Assembly (NCBI GenBank): GCA_043750125.1
Contig: JAYVCD010000298.1
Coordinates: 1 to 29,284, forward strand
Reading direction: 5' to 3'
Length of the DNA stretch: 29,284 nt
Source: Archangiaceae bacterium
GTDB taxonomy: Bacteria > Myxococcota > Myxococcia > Myxococcales > Myxococcaceae
The notes under the pieces were generated by a model that was not told where the DNA came from, searched no databases, and saw only the letters and a list, made by a program, of their open reading frames with translations. Numbering within the stretch: position 1 is the stretch's first letter; every line of letters begins with the position of its first letter. A program made the translations under genes and the position numbers. This document shows positions 7,985 to 16,369 of this stretch, one piece after another.

Positions 7985-8776
7985 ATGCCCCTGTCGAACG
8001 CATTCCTCTTCTGCCTGCTGTCCTGGGTCAGCCTGGGCTGCGGAATTGAGCTCTCGAGCCCGGTCGCGGCCGACCCGAGCCCCCACACCGCAGCACTCAA
8101 CTGTGGCGAGCTGGGGCCGGGAGCGCGGCTGACTCCAGGCGAGCAGCTGAAGTCCTGCGGAGGAAGGACCCTGCTCGCGATGCAGGGAGATGGAAATCTG
8201 GTGGTCTACAGCGCGGGGGGAAAGGCACTGTGGAGCTCTGGGACGCAGAACCACCCGGGCTCGAAGCTCGCCGTGCAGGACGATGGAAACGTGGTGGTCT
8301 ATTCCCCCGGAGGGCAGGCGCTGTGGTGGAGCGGAAATACTCCCGCCCATGCGCCTTGCGGCCTCGATGCGGCAATGAATCTGACCGTGGGCCAGACGGT
8401 GAAGTCCTGCAATCAGCAGTTCGGGCTGGTGATGCAGGACGACGGGAACCTCGTCCTCTACGGGAACCAGGGCAACGCGGTGTGGGCGAGCGGGACCCAC
8501 GGGAATCCCGGGTCGGCGAGCCGCGGCTTCTGGAGTCGGCAGCTGACCGGGTCGGCCTTCGCGCAGCCTCGAGAACGCGAGCGCCACGGGTCCGGCGAGG
8601 TATTGGGCGCGCACACTGTCCTCGGCGCAAATGACCTGCACCGCGATCATCGCGTAGGGCGCGGCCAGGTTTTTCGATGGGCGAAAATTCTTCCGGTAGA
8701 GCGCGAGGGCGGGAAGGGTGTTCTCGGCTGGCGATGCCCGGCATGTTGTGGTGCTCGGCGAGCCAGAAGCGCTTGA
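7985..8776 (+). pseudogene. Bulb-type (B-lectin) mannose-binding lipoprotein, 3'-truncated at ~8515 and reading on into the antisense strand of the LLM remnant
   Basis: Lipoprotein signal MPLSNAFLFCLLSWVSLGC; three QxDxNxVxY sites (QGDGNLVVY, QDDGNVVVY, QDDGNLVLY). The second domain stops abruptly after THGNPGS and the rest of the frame is non-lectin sequence. Confidence 0.82.
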
Positions 8777-8912
8777 AGTCCAGGCGCTCGACGTGGCGGG
8801 CGAGCTCGATGGTGCCCAGCAACGCCTCGCGCGCGTTGGACCCGGTGCCGATGCTCGCAACTTCGAGTACGGAAAGTGGAACGCGTCGCAGTGAAGTCAC
8901 GCCGCCATCCAT
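8516..8912 (-). pseudogene. LLM-class (luciferase-like) flavin-dependent oxidoreductase remnant, internally deleted and 3'-truncated
   Basis: The N-terminus (VPLSVLE…[29 protein letters not shown]) is joined out of frame at ~8730 to a later part ([19 protein letters not shown]…[14 protein letters not shown]…GRPGQLPTPEAAA), which ends at the lectin junction. Confidence 0.88.
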
Positions 8913-8951
8913 AGCCTCGCGCGCCTCGCAGCGCTCAGCTACCGGCAAGCT

Positions 8952-10985
8952 TCAGCGCGGCGCGCCGCCCTGATTTACGTCTCCCCGCGCGAGGACCCAA
9001 CCGTGCCGGGGCAGCGCGGCATTCGGAACGTCGAAGGCATAGACCCCTCCGGTCGCGTTCTGATGCTGCGCGCTGATGAACAGTCGGCCGCCCTGCAGCA
9101 CCATTCCGGTCGGCCCATAGACGATGTTGCGGTCGAGCAGCAGGGGGCAGACGTCGGCCCGGTGACCGGTGGCATCGACGTGGGTCAGCGCCCACTGCTC
9201 GGTCAGATCAATCATCAGCACCGAGCCGTCATCGAGCAACGCGATGACTTCAGCGGGGTCGGCAATGGGCTCGTAGATGCCGCGAGGGTCGGACCACTTC
9301 ACCTGGCGGGTGGCCGGGTCAATCGCTCGCAGCCCCGCGTATTGCCCCACTTCGAAGAGCGCGAGCGTCGGGGTGACCAACCAGGATCCTTGCAGGTATT
9401 TGAGGTCCGAAAAGTTGAAGACCTGCGCCTCGCCGGCGGCGATGGGGGGCCCGGCCACCGCCTGGCCCGTCTGGGTGTCGAGCGTGTCGCCATGACCCAG
9501 GTAGAGGCGGCCTCCAAAAGCAGCCGAGGGAGCAGAGGGTCCCTTTCCACTCACCGGGGTCTGCCAGCGCAAAGCGCCGAGGCGATTGCGCGACTCGACC
9601 TTCGAAGCGGGGCCAGAGCTCAGCGAGTAGAAGTTGCCATGCTCGTCGGCCACCAGGCTGCTGGTGATTCCTGCGCTCAAATGTTTCCACAGCCGGGTGC
9701 CGGTCGCGAGGTCGAAGGCCACCAGCGCGGTGCCACTGGGCGAACCGACGCCTCCCATTTCGGGCGGGTAGAGTAAAAATTCGGCCACCGCGGTTCCGCT
9801 TCCGAGGTTCACCATCGCGATCAGAAAGCTCGAGATCGCCGGTCGGACCTCGGCGGCGGCGAAGTAGTCGCCAATCACCGCGTGGCTCCAGACGGACGCA
9901 CCGCTGGAAAGGCGCCAGGCTCCGAGCGTTCCTCCAGATTGTGCGGTCACCACGATTCCAGTCGGGTCGTCGACGAACAGGGGCATTCGACCGGTCGGAT
10001 TCCAGGTGCTCAGCGGGCTGCGAAAGCGGGGCGCGCCATCGCGGGTCACCGAGACCAGCTCTCGGGTGTTCACCGGGCCGTAGACGCTCTCAGTCCAGTA
10101 GAGGTTTCCGGGGGCGTCGAGCGCGAGGGTCGAGTTGAGCTGGTGGTTGGGGGCCGTCTGGTAGGACCACCGGGCGGGCAGCGCGAGCGTTGCGTTGTCG
10201 CAGTGCCCGGCGTGGCATTGCCCATTGCCGCACAGCGAATCGCAAGCGGTCCCTTCCGGAGGCACCGCGCTCACACATGCGCCGGCCAGACAGATGCGAG
10301 CCGCAGTGCAGTCTCGGGGCCCGCACGAGGTGCCGTCGTCCGCCGGGTGGGTCACACAGCCGCTCGCCTCGCAGCTCGCGATTTGGCAGGGGTCCAGGGG
10401 GGCCAGGCAGCTCAGGTGCTGGCATCCGGTCAGACCGCATGCGTCGGTCGTGCACGCGTTGCCGTCATCGCACGAGAGCACTTCGCCCTTGCACAGCCCG
10501 TTCTGGCATTGGGCGTTGCTCAGACAGGCGTCGGTGCAGGCGGTTCCGTTCGCAAGCGGGGCGTCGACGCAGCCCCGAATGGGATCCAGGCGCGTGCCGA
10601 CGCAGGCCGACGAGGCGACGCAGGTCGCGACGCCCTGAAGCGAGACCAGGGTTTGAAAGGTGCTCGAGACGAGCTTCAGCTGTGAGGGTTGGGGTCCTCC
10701 GGTCAGGGGAGAGAACCGCACGTCGACGGTGAGCTGCTGCCCGTCCTCGAGGGAGAGGGTCTGGGGTTCGACCGAATAAGGGGGCGAGGCTTCGAGCACG
10801 AGGACGAGCTTTCCGCCGGACTGGTTGGTGACCTGCAGCGGCGCGGTCACGCTGGCTCCGGGACTCACCGCGGCGAAGGTCAGCGGGTCGGGAGTCGCCT
10901 TCAGTTCCCCCCGAGCCGCCACGAGCCGATCGCCCGAGCAGGCCCAGTTCATCAGCGCTGCGATCATCAGGAGCTTCCGGTTCAT
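8952..10985 (-). CDS. Secreted lipoprotein: Ig-like (ASH/choice-of-anchor D-like) domain, Cys-rich repeats and PQQ/BamB-like beta-propeller
   Basis: Signal MNRKLLMIAALMNWAC; LTFAAVSPG…VTNQSG…VRFSP Ig-like segment; CDDGNACTTDAC repeats; propeller motifs LVAFDLATGTRLW and LRAIDPATRQVKW. Confidence 0.82.
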   Translation of the reverse strand: MNRKLLMIAALMNWACSGDRLVAARGELKATPDPLTFAAVSPGASVTAPLQVTNQSGGKLVLVLEASPPYSVEPQTLSLEDGQQLTVDVRFSPLTGGPQPSQLKLVSSTFQTLVSLQGVATCVASSACVGTRLDPIRGCVDAPLANGTACTDACLSNAQCQNGLCKGEVLSCDDGNACTTDACGLTGCQHLSCLAPLDPCQIASCEASGCVTHPADDGTSCGPRDCTAARICLAGACVSAVPPEGTACDSLCGNGQCHAGHCDNATLALPARWSYQTAPNHQLNSTLALDAPGNLYWTESVYGPVNTRELVSVTRDGAPRFRSPLSTWNPTGRMPLFVDDPTGIVVTAQSGGTLGAWRLSSGASVWSHAVIGDYFAAAEVRPAISSFLIAMVNLGSGTAVAEFLLYPPEMGGVGSPSGTALVAFDLATGTRLWKHLSAGITSSLVADEHGNFYSLSSGPASKVESRNRLGALRWQTPVSGKGPSAPSAAFGGRLYLGHGDTLDTQTGQAVAGPPIAAGEAQVFNFSDLKYLQGSWLVTPTLALFEVGQYAGLRAIDPATRQVKWSDPRGIYEPIADPAEVIALLDDGSVLMIDLTEQWALTHVDATGHRADVCPLLLDRNIVYGPTGMVLQGGRLFISAQHQNATGGVYAFDVPNAALPRHGWVLARGDVNQGGAPR

Positions 10986-10997
10986 CTCTGGCGCGCT

Positions 10998-11013
10998 AGC
11001 AAAACGCGGACCG
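10998..11013 (-). promoter_or_regulatory. Putative sigma54 promoter, possibly giving a leaderless transcript
   Basis: The minus strand reads CGGTCCGCGTTTTGCT (GG-N10-GC, TTGCT) 13 nt before ATG10985; no Shine-Dalgarno is present. Confidence 0.45.
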
Positions 11014-11113
11014 AATCAAGGCCCGCTTCAACCTCACGCAATTGGGCGCTTCGGTCGAAGGGGGCGACACTTTTCTGTGCGTGCGCGTCTGGGGAAGCAC
11101 AGGAAGTTGGCGC

Positions 11114-11597
11114 TCAGGGCTTGCCGCTGCAGGCCTGAATGAACTGGAGCCTTCCCGCGCCGAGCACCTCACCCTCTCCACCATCGGGGCTGGGCATCGG
11201 CTGTCCGCCGTCGGGCAGATCGAACCTGGCGTCTTCCAGCGCGGGGCCGGCATCGGGAAGTTGGCCTGCATCCGAACCGGTGCCTGCGTCGCGCGGGATT
11301 CCAGCATCAACCCGGGTGCCCGCGTCGGGTCGGGTTCCGGCGTCGGGTCGGGTTTGAATCGGAATAGGTCATTCCGTCGCGGGCGCGGGTGATCGCGTAC
11401 TTCTGGCCGCTGGCTTTCACCGAGGCCCAGTTGATGGTGCCCTGATAGTACGAGACATCAATGCCTGGCACCGTCGAAGCACCGGGGCACACGACGAGCG
11501 ACGACTCGACCGCTCCGAGGCAAAGCTCTTCGGCCGGAGTCGGCGCGCCGCACGAAATGATCAAAGTGGCGAGCGCGCAGCCGAGTACTTTCTTCAT
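11114..11597 (-). pseudogene. GH25 lysozyme (muramidase) lipoprotein with most of the catalytic domain deleted
   Basis: Signal MKKVLGCALATLIISC and GH25 start GIDVSYYQGTINWASVKASGQKYAITRARDGMTYSDS, joined out of frame at ~11354 to a DAG-linker tail (TRPDAGTRPDAGTRVDAGIPRDAG…) that ends at TGA 11114-11116. Confidence 0.85.
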
Positions 11598-11670
11598 GGT
11601 GAACAGAGTCGGGACTCGAGGGTCGAGCCGTCAACGTGTGCACAGCAGGTTGCGTCACTGGAGGGAGACG

Positions 11671-12441
11671 TTGGCGTGGCTGGCGCTGGCGACCGTGTGG
11701 GTCGGGGGCACCTGTTGGGCGCAGACCACCGTGACCGCGAATCGGCTATCTCCGGATCGGACGCAGGATCGGGTGTTTTCCGGCAGTCGCTTCTGGCTGC
11801 TCGATCCGGGGCAGTACGAGGTCGAGGTCTGGGTCAGCGACAAGTTCAAGCGCGACCACAGCGACGAAGGACTCCTGCAGGTCGAAATCGAGATCGGACT
11901 CGCGCCCCACCTGCAGCTCGACCTGTACCAGAACTTCAATTTTGGCTCAGGAGGCTTTGCGATCGAGGGCAACCAGCTCGAGCTGAGGATCGCGTTTGGT
12001 CGCGAGTACAACCAGGTTCCCCTCAACCCGGTGCTGTACCTCGAGTGGCATCCACGCAAGTCAGCTCAAGATCGCGCAGAGGTGCGATTGCTGGTGGGTG
12101 GAGATCTGGGGTCGCGGCTGATCGGGTCCGCCAACCTGTTTTTCGAAGGCAACATCGACGGGTACAACACCCCCGGAACCGAGGGCGCAGATCTCGAGGC
12201 AGGAGCGACCGCCGCCCTCAGTGCCTGCATCGTCGAAGACGTCTTTCGCATCGGAGCAGAATTGAAGATTGGCGCCGATGAGCATGGCGGCCCCAGCTTC
12301 CAGCCGATGCTGCTCGTCGGCCCCAACGTCCTGCTCAAAACGAAGCGCCTGGGTTTGAAGCTGACCGCGACGCTGCTGATCGGCTTGATGCCGAAGGACC
12401 CCAGGCTTCAGCCGTTCATCATCGCCGGGTGGCAGTTCTGA
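11671..12441 (+). CDS. Probable outer-membrane beta-barrel protein (256 aa)
   Basis: TTG11671 is preceded by GGAGGGAG; signal-like AWLALATVWVGGTCWA; alternating amphipathic strands; C-terminal IIAGWQF. Start is uncertain (GTG11638 is an alternative). Confidence 0.72.
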   Translation: MAWLALATVWVGGTCWAQTTVTANRLSPDRTQDRVFSGSRFWLLDPGQYEVEVWVSDKFKRDHSDEGLLQVEIEIGLAPHLQLDLYQNFNFGSGGFAIEGNQLELRIAFGREYNQVPLNPVLYLEWHPRKSAQDRAEVRLLVGGDLGSRLIGSANLFFEGNIDGYNTPGTEGADLEAGATAALSACIVEDVFRIGAELKIGADEHGGPSFQPMLLVGPNVLLKTKRLGLKLTATLLIGLMPKDPRLQPFIIAGWQF

Positions 12442-12465
12442 GCTGCGCCGGTGGGCCGCCCGCGG

Positions 12466-12909
12466 TCAGGGAAGCTCTACTCCGAGAGGTTGGCGCTCCA
12501 ATAGTTCCAGCGCGCGCTCGACCTTGGCGTGCAAACGAACCTGGTCGATTCCCACTGCGCCGGCCACGATCGCATCATCGAAGCTCTCGGCGGCATTCTC
12601 GAGTTGGCCCATCGACATCAACGCATCGCCGATTCGTTCGAGGCTGAGCACTTCGGACTTGGGGTGCTGCTCGGCGATGGTCTGGTAGCCCTCAATGGCC
12701 TCGGGGATCATGCCGAGGTCCACCAGCTTCTGGGCTGCCTGAAACTTGGCCTCGACATCCTTGCCGAGCAGCGCCGCAGCCAGCGCGTCAACAAGCCTGC
12801 TTTCCTCGGCCGCCTGGGATTCCCTTCCACCAGCCCCCTCGAACCCGTCGGCCGCGCGTTGACGCGGCAGCGACGAGCCCTGGTCGAAGCCGTCCTTGAC
12901 GTTTGCCAT
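12466..12909 (-). CDS. Hypothetical protein with TPR-like helical repeats (147 aa)
   Basis: LGMIPEAIEGYQTI and ERIGDALMSMGQLENAAESFDDAI fit the TPR pattern; ATG is 11 bp downstream of the M15 peptidase stop. Confidence 0.75.
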   Translation of the reverse strand: MANVKDGFDQGSSLPRQRAADGFEGAGGRESQAAEESRLVDALAAALLGKDVEAKFQAAQKLVDLGMIPEAIEGYQTIAEQHPKSEVLSLERIGDALMSMGQLENAAESFDDAIVAGAVGIDQVRLHAKVERALELLERQPLGVELP

Positions 12910-12920
12910 GGCTCGAGCGA

Positions 12921-13325
12921 CTAGCGCCTGAATTCCCAGTGCCACGGCTCGATCGGGACAGTGCGCTTGAAGCCGAACTGGGCGGCATGCGCGTGCAGCC
13001 ACTTGTAGGCCTTCGAACGGGTGCTTCCGACCGCCACGTCGACCGCGATGCCTTTTTCGTGATTCGAGCGGCCGGGCCGCGCCGCGAGGTTGCCCCGTCC
13101 CTGCCGATAGAGCTTGTACAGACGCGCCTGCTGCGCAGTCGATCGGTATGCGCTGACAGGCTGGAGGTTCACACCCGCCTTTCGCGCGCTCGCGTACATT
13201 CGGGTGTAGCTCGCTGCAGCGTCGCTGCGCATCATCATGCCGCCTGGAATTCGGCCCAGGTGGAGTGCCCCTGCAGACTGAGACGCGCGGCGGACGCTGA
13301 CGTGAGGCCGATGGACAGTGGTCAT
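12921..13325 (-). CDS. M15-family metallopeptidase (D-Ala-D-Ala carboxypeptidase, VanY-like)
   Basis: SAYRS..QQ..LY, PGRSNHEKGIAVD (SxHxxGxAxD) and EPWHW motifs; start uncertain. Confidence 0.92.
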   Translation of the reverse strand: MTTVHRPHVSVRRASQSAGALHLGRIPGGMMMRSDAAASYTRMYASARKAGVNLQPVSAYRSTAQQARLYKLYRQGRGNLAARPGRSNHEKGIAVDVAVGSTRSKAYKWLHAHAAQFGFKRTVPIEPWHWEFRR

Positions 13326-13511
13326 GGTGGGTATTGTCCGTCCGACCCCGGCCGGGTTGACGGGTGTTTTTGCCAACCCCTGTTACAGAGTCCGGGATTT
13401 TCGATGCGAAGTACCGCGCCTGCCGCAGTGACCTGATTTGCTGCAGCATGGGTACCCGCCGGACCAACTTCGTTGCGCCTGCCGCGGTGCGATGACAGAA
13501 GCGGGCGCGTG

Positions 13512-15056
13512 ATGAAGACCGCGTCCCTGACCGCTTCGCTGCTGATGTTCGCTCTCGGCTGTGGCTCGCCTCTGGTGAAGGCGCTGGAAGATGGGGGACA
13601 GGGTGCGGTCATCGACGCAGGGAACGCCGACGCCGGGCCCACTGCCGACGCCGGGCCCACTGCCGACGCCGGGTCCATCGCCGACGGCGGGCCCATTGCC
13701 GATTCTGGTCAGCCCCCACGACGTTGGCCCGACCCGCCCGCGACGTACACCCACGACGTAGACGTGAACCTTGCCGCCGTGCTCGAGACCGAGGCCCTGC
13801 GCGGTGCCTGCGACGCCGTTGACGCAGGAACGGCCGACGAGGCCACTGGCCTTCGATGCGGAAAATGGATGTTCTTCTACGAGACGTTCGGCACGGTCGG
13901 AGTCCCCGTCGGGCTGCTCGAGTTCGCCCAGAAGCACTACGTCGATTTCTACGGCCCCGGGTTCTCGCAGCTCGGGTTCATCGCGGATCCCGCCAACGCG
14001 AAGGGAATGCCGATCGGTTTGGCCCCGACTACGGGCAAGGTGGGCTCGATCGTCACCCGCGCCTTCACCTGCGCGTCGTGTCATTTTGGTCAGCTGCCCG
14101 ACGGGCGGTTCGCGGTGGGCTACGGCAACGCCAACCTCGACTACGGCACGTTCGTCGCTTCGCTCGGCGCTCCGCTTTCGCTGAGCCTCAACGCCAATGA
14201 TCCGAAGGTCGCGCCCGCTTTGCGGATGCGTTTGGCGAGCGCGGTGGCGGCGGCGAAGCTGAAGCCCGGCTACACGGTCGAGGCCGGGTTGCTTGGGCTG
14301 TCACTGCTGGGCGCAGGCAACACCGGCAGCGTCACAGTCGAAGAGCAGGAACGCTTCCTCGGATTGAAGCTGGGCACGATGGACTTCCTGACCAAGCCGT
14401 TGATCGACGACGGGGTCTGGACTGTGAGTCGGCTCATCTCGCTGTGGAACCTGCCCGACGACGGCCAGCGGTCGGCCGCGAAGATGCCGCACGAGATGCT
14501 CTCGTGGAACGGCGGCGTAAAACGCACGATGGATTTCCTCAAGGGGTTCGTGGCGATTGGAGTCGGCACCCCGTGGACCGAACAGCGACTGCTGCCCCTC
14601 GAGCTGTACCTGCGCACCTTGCGGGCACCCGCACCGCTTACGGCCGCTGAAGAAATCGAGACCGGGGCCCGGCTCTTCGTCGACAAGGGCTGCCTGGGCT
14701 GTCACTCCGGACCCAGCGGCGAAGGGACGCGGGTATTTACATTCGCCGAGATGGGCACCGATGACGCGTACGCCAACATCTACAACCCCGGGCCCAACGG
14801 AGCTCCCTGCTGCGGCCTGGGCACCGACCCGTCGAACGTCACCCGGGGGGTGAAGGCGCCCCGGATGGCGGGCCTGTTTGCCTCGCGTAGACTGCTCCAC
14901 AACGGCAGCGTTTCCGGGCTCGAAGAGCTGTTCTGTCTTTTGCCCCGCGACCCCACGCCGATGCTGGCGCAGACGTCCCAGGGTCACCGCATGACTTGCG
15001 AGGCATTGAGCGCGGGAGAAAAGCAGGCGCTGATTCGATATCTCCGCGCGCTGTAA
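13512..15056 (+). CDS. Di-heme c-type cytochrome lipoprotein (cytochrome c peroxidase/RoxA-like superfamily)
   Basis: Lipobox FALGC; two CXXCH motifs (CASCH, CLGCH); C-terminal KAPRMAGLFASRRLLHNGSV resembling the KAPxLxGxWxxxPYLHNGSV signature. Confidence 0.82.
   Translation: MKTASLTASLLMFALGCGSPLVKALEDGGQGAVIDAGNADAGPTADAGPTADAGSIADGGPIADSGQPPRRWPDPPATYTHDVDVNLAAVLETEALRGACDAVDAGTADEATGLRCGKWMFFYETFGTVGVPVGLLEFAQKHYVDFYGPGFSQLGFIADPANAKGMPIGLAPTTGKVGSIVTRAFTCASCHFGQLPDGRFAVGYGNANLDYGTFVASLGAPLSLSLNANDPKVAPALRMRLASAVAAAKLKPGYTVEAGLLGLSLLGAGNTGSVTVEEQERFLGLKLGTMDFLTKPLIDDGVWTVSRLISLWNLPDDGQRSAAKMPHEMLSWNGGVKRTMDFLKGFVAIGVGTPWTEQRLLPLELYLRTLRAPAPLTAAEEIETGARLFVDKGCLGCHSGPSGEGTRVFTFAEMGTDDAYANIYNPGPNGAPCCGLGTDPSNVTRGVKAPRMAGLFASRRLLHNGSVSGLEELFCLLPRDPTPMLAQTSQGHRMTCEALSAGEKQALIRYLRAL
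13626..13697 (+). repeat. 18-bp in-frame tandem repeat x4 (ADAGPT linker)
   Basis: gccgacgccgggcccact twice perfect plus two degenerate copies. Confidence 0.85.
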
Positions 15057-15208
15057 CTCTTCTTCGTGGTGACTTCCGTCGGTTGCTTCATTGAGCCAGT
15101 CGCACAGGCCCAAGTCACCTTGAACGTCGTTTCTCTCCCATTGGGAATGATCGATTTGCTCGAGAGGTCGACACCAGACCCTCGAAGCACCCACCACCGG
15201 GAGACACT

Positions 15209-16003
15209 GTGAACGACGCGCATGACGCGGGGCTGGCCCATGACTTGAAGATCCTCAACGCGCTGGCCGGACGGCGGCAGGTGCTGCGGTGGATGGCGGG
15301 AGCGAGCCTCCTTCCGTTGATCGGCTGCGGCGCGGCCAGTACTGGGGGCACGCTGATCACCGCCACCGACGGCGGGACCTGCGCGACGATTCCCGAAGAG
15401 ACGCAGGGGCCCTTCCCCGGCGATGGCTCGAACGGCGCGAAAGCACTGGCGCTGAGCGGAATCGTCCGCAGCGACATTCGCACCAGCCTCGGCTCGGCGA
15501 CCGGCACGGCGGAAGGGATTCCGCTGACGGTGAAGCTGACGCTCGTGAACACCAACGGCGGTTGCGCGCTGCTGTCGGGATACGCGGTGTACGTCTGGCA
15601 CTGCAACCGCGACGGGAAATATTCGATGTACGATCTGACCGACCAGAACTACCTGCGCGGAGTGCAGGAGACCGACGCGAACGGGCAGGTCACGTTCCTC
15701 ACCTCTTTCCCCGGGTGCTACTCGGGCCGGATGCCGCACATCCACTTCGAGATCTACCCCAGCGCAGCGAAGGCCACGTCGTCGGCCAACAAGCTCAACA
15801 CCTCGCAGCTCGCGCTGCCGACCGACATCTGCAACGCCGTCTATGCGACGACGGGCTACGGCGCGAGCGTGACTGCGCTGGCCTCGACGAGCTTCGCCAA
15901 GGACATGGTGTTCAGCGACGGCACGGGGCAGCAGCTCACCCGCGTGACCGGAAGTGTGGCCGACGGGTACGTGGCCAGCCTGATTGTCGGCGTCGGCGCC
16001 TAG
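15209..16003 (+). CDS. Intradiol ring-cleavage dioxygenase-like protein, probably a Tat-exported lipoprotein
   Basis: GRRQVLRW…LIGC N-terminus; ETQGPFP, VWHCNRDGKYSMY, NYLRGVQ, PGCYSGRMPHIHFE motifs; GGGAG upstream of GTG. Confidence 0.9.
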   Translation: MNDAHDAGLAHDLKILNALAGRRQVLRWMAGASLLPLIGCGAASTGGTLITATDGGTCATIPEETQGPFPGDGSNGAKALALSGIVRSDIRTSLGSATGTAEGIPLTVKLTLVNTNGGCALLSGYAVYVWHCNRDGKYSMYDLTDQNYLRGVQETDANGQVTFLTSFPGCYSGRMPHIHFEIYPSAAKATSSANKLNTSQLALPTDICNAVYATTGYGASVTALASTSFAKDMVFSDGTGQQLTRVTGSVADGYVASLIVGVGA

Positions 16004-16369
16004 AGCCGCAGCTCACCCCTGCAAGCGTCAGTGGGCGCGCGGGCCGGAAGTCCTCCCGTCGCTCGAACTGCAGCAGTGCACGAGCTGCAGGGTGGGCGAA
16101 ACACTTGCACGGCGGGAAGCACTTGAGCGCGCGCCGTATTCCGCGAGCGAAGGCGCGATCCTTGCGGGTGCCTGCCTATTGGCCATGCGACGTCCGGCAT
16201 AGAGGCAGCGTCAGCCTGGTTCGGGCTCCTACGTTGAACTGCGGGAACCTTCGATCGCGATGCAAAGGGAAAGGCGCAAGCCAGAGAGTCAAAGCGAATG
16301 GGGGAACGCTGCAACTGAACGAGGCTCGGAACGTCAGGGGTCGGGTGTAAGTACGCGTCAGGATCTTCC

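Noticed and set aside
11461-11670. Upstream extension of the beta-barrel ORF
   Set aside because: Antisense to the GH25 5' end; the SD and signal peptide favour a start near 11671.
12910-13467. Upstream part of the 333-aa minus ORF 12466..13467
   Set aside because: Out-of-frame overlap with the motif-supported M15 peptidase; the real gene starts at ATG12909.
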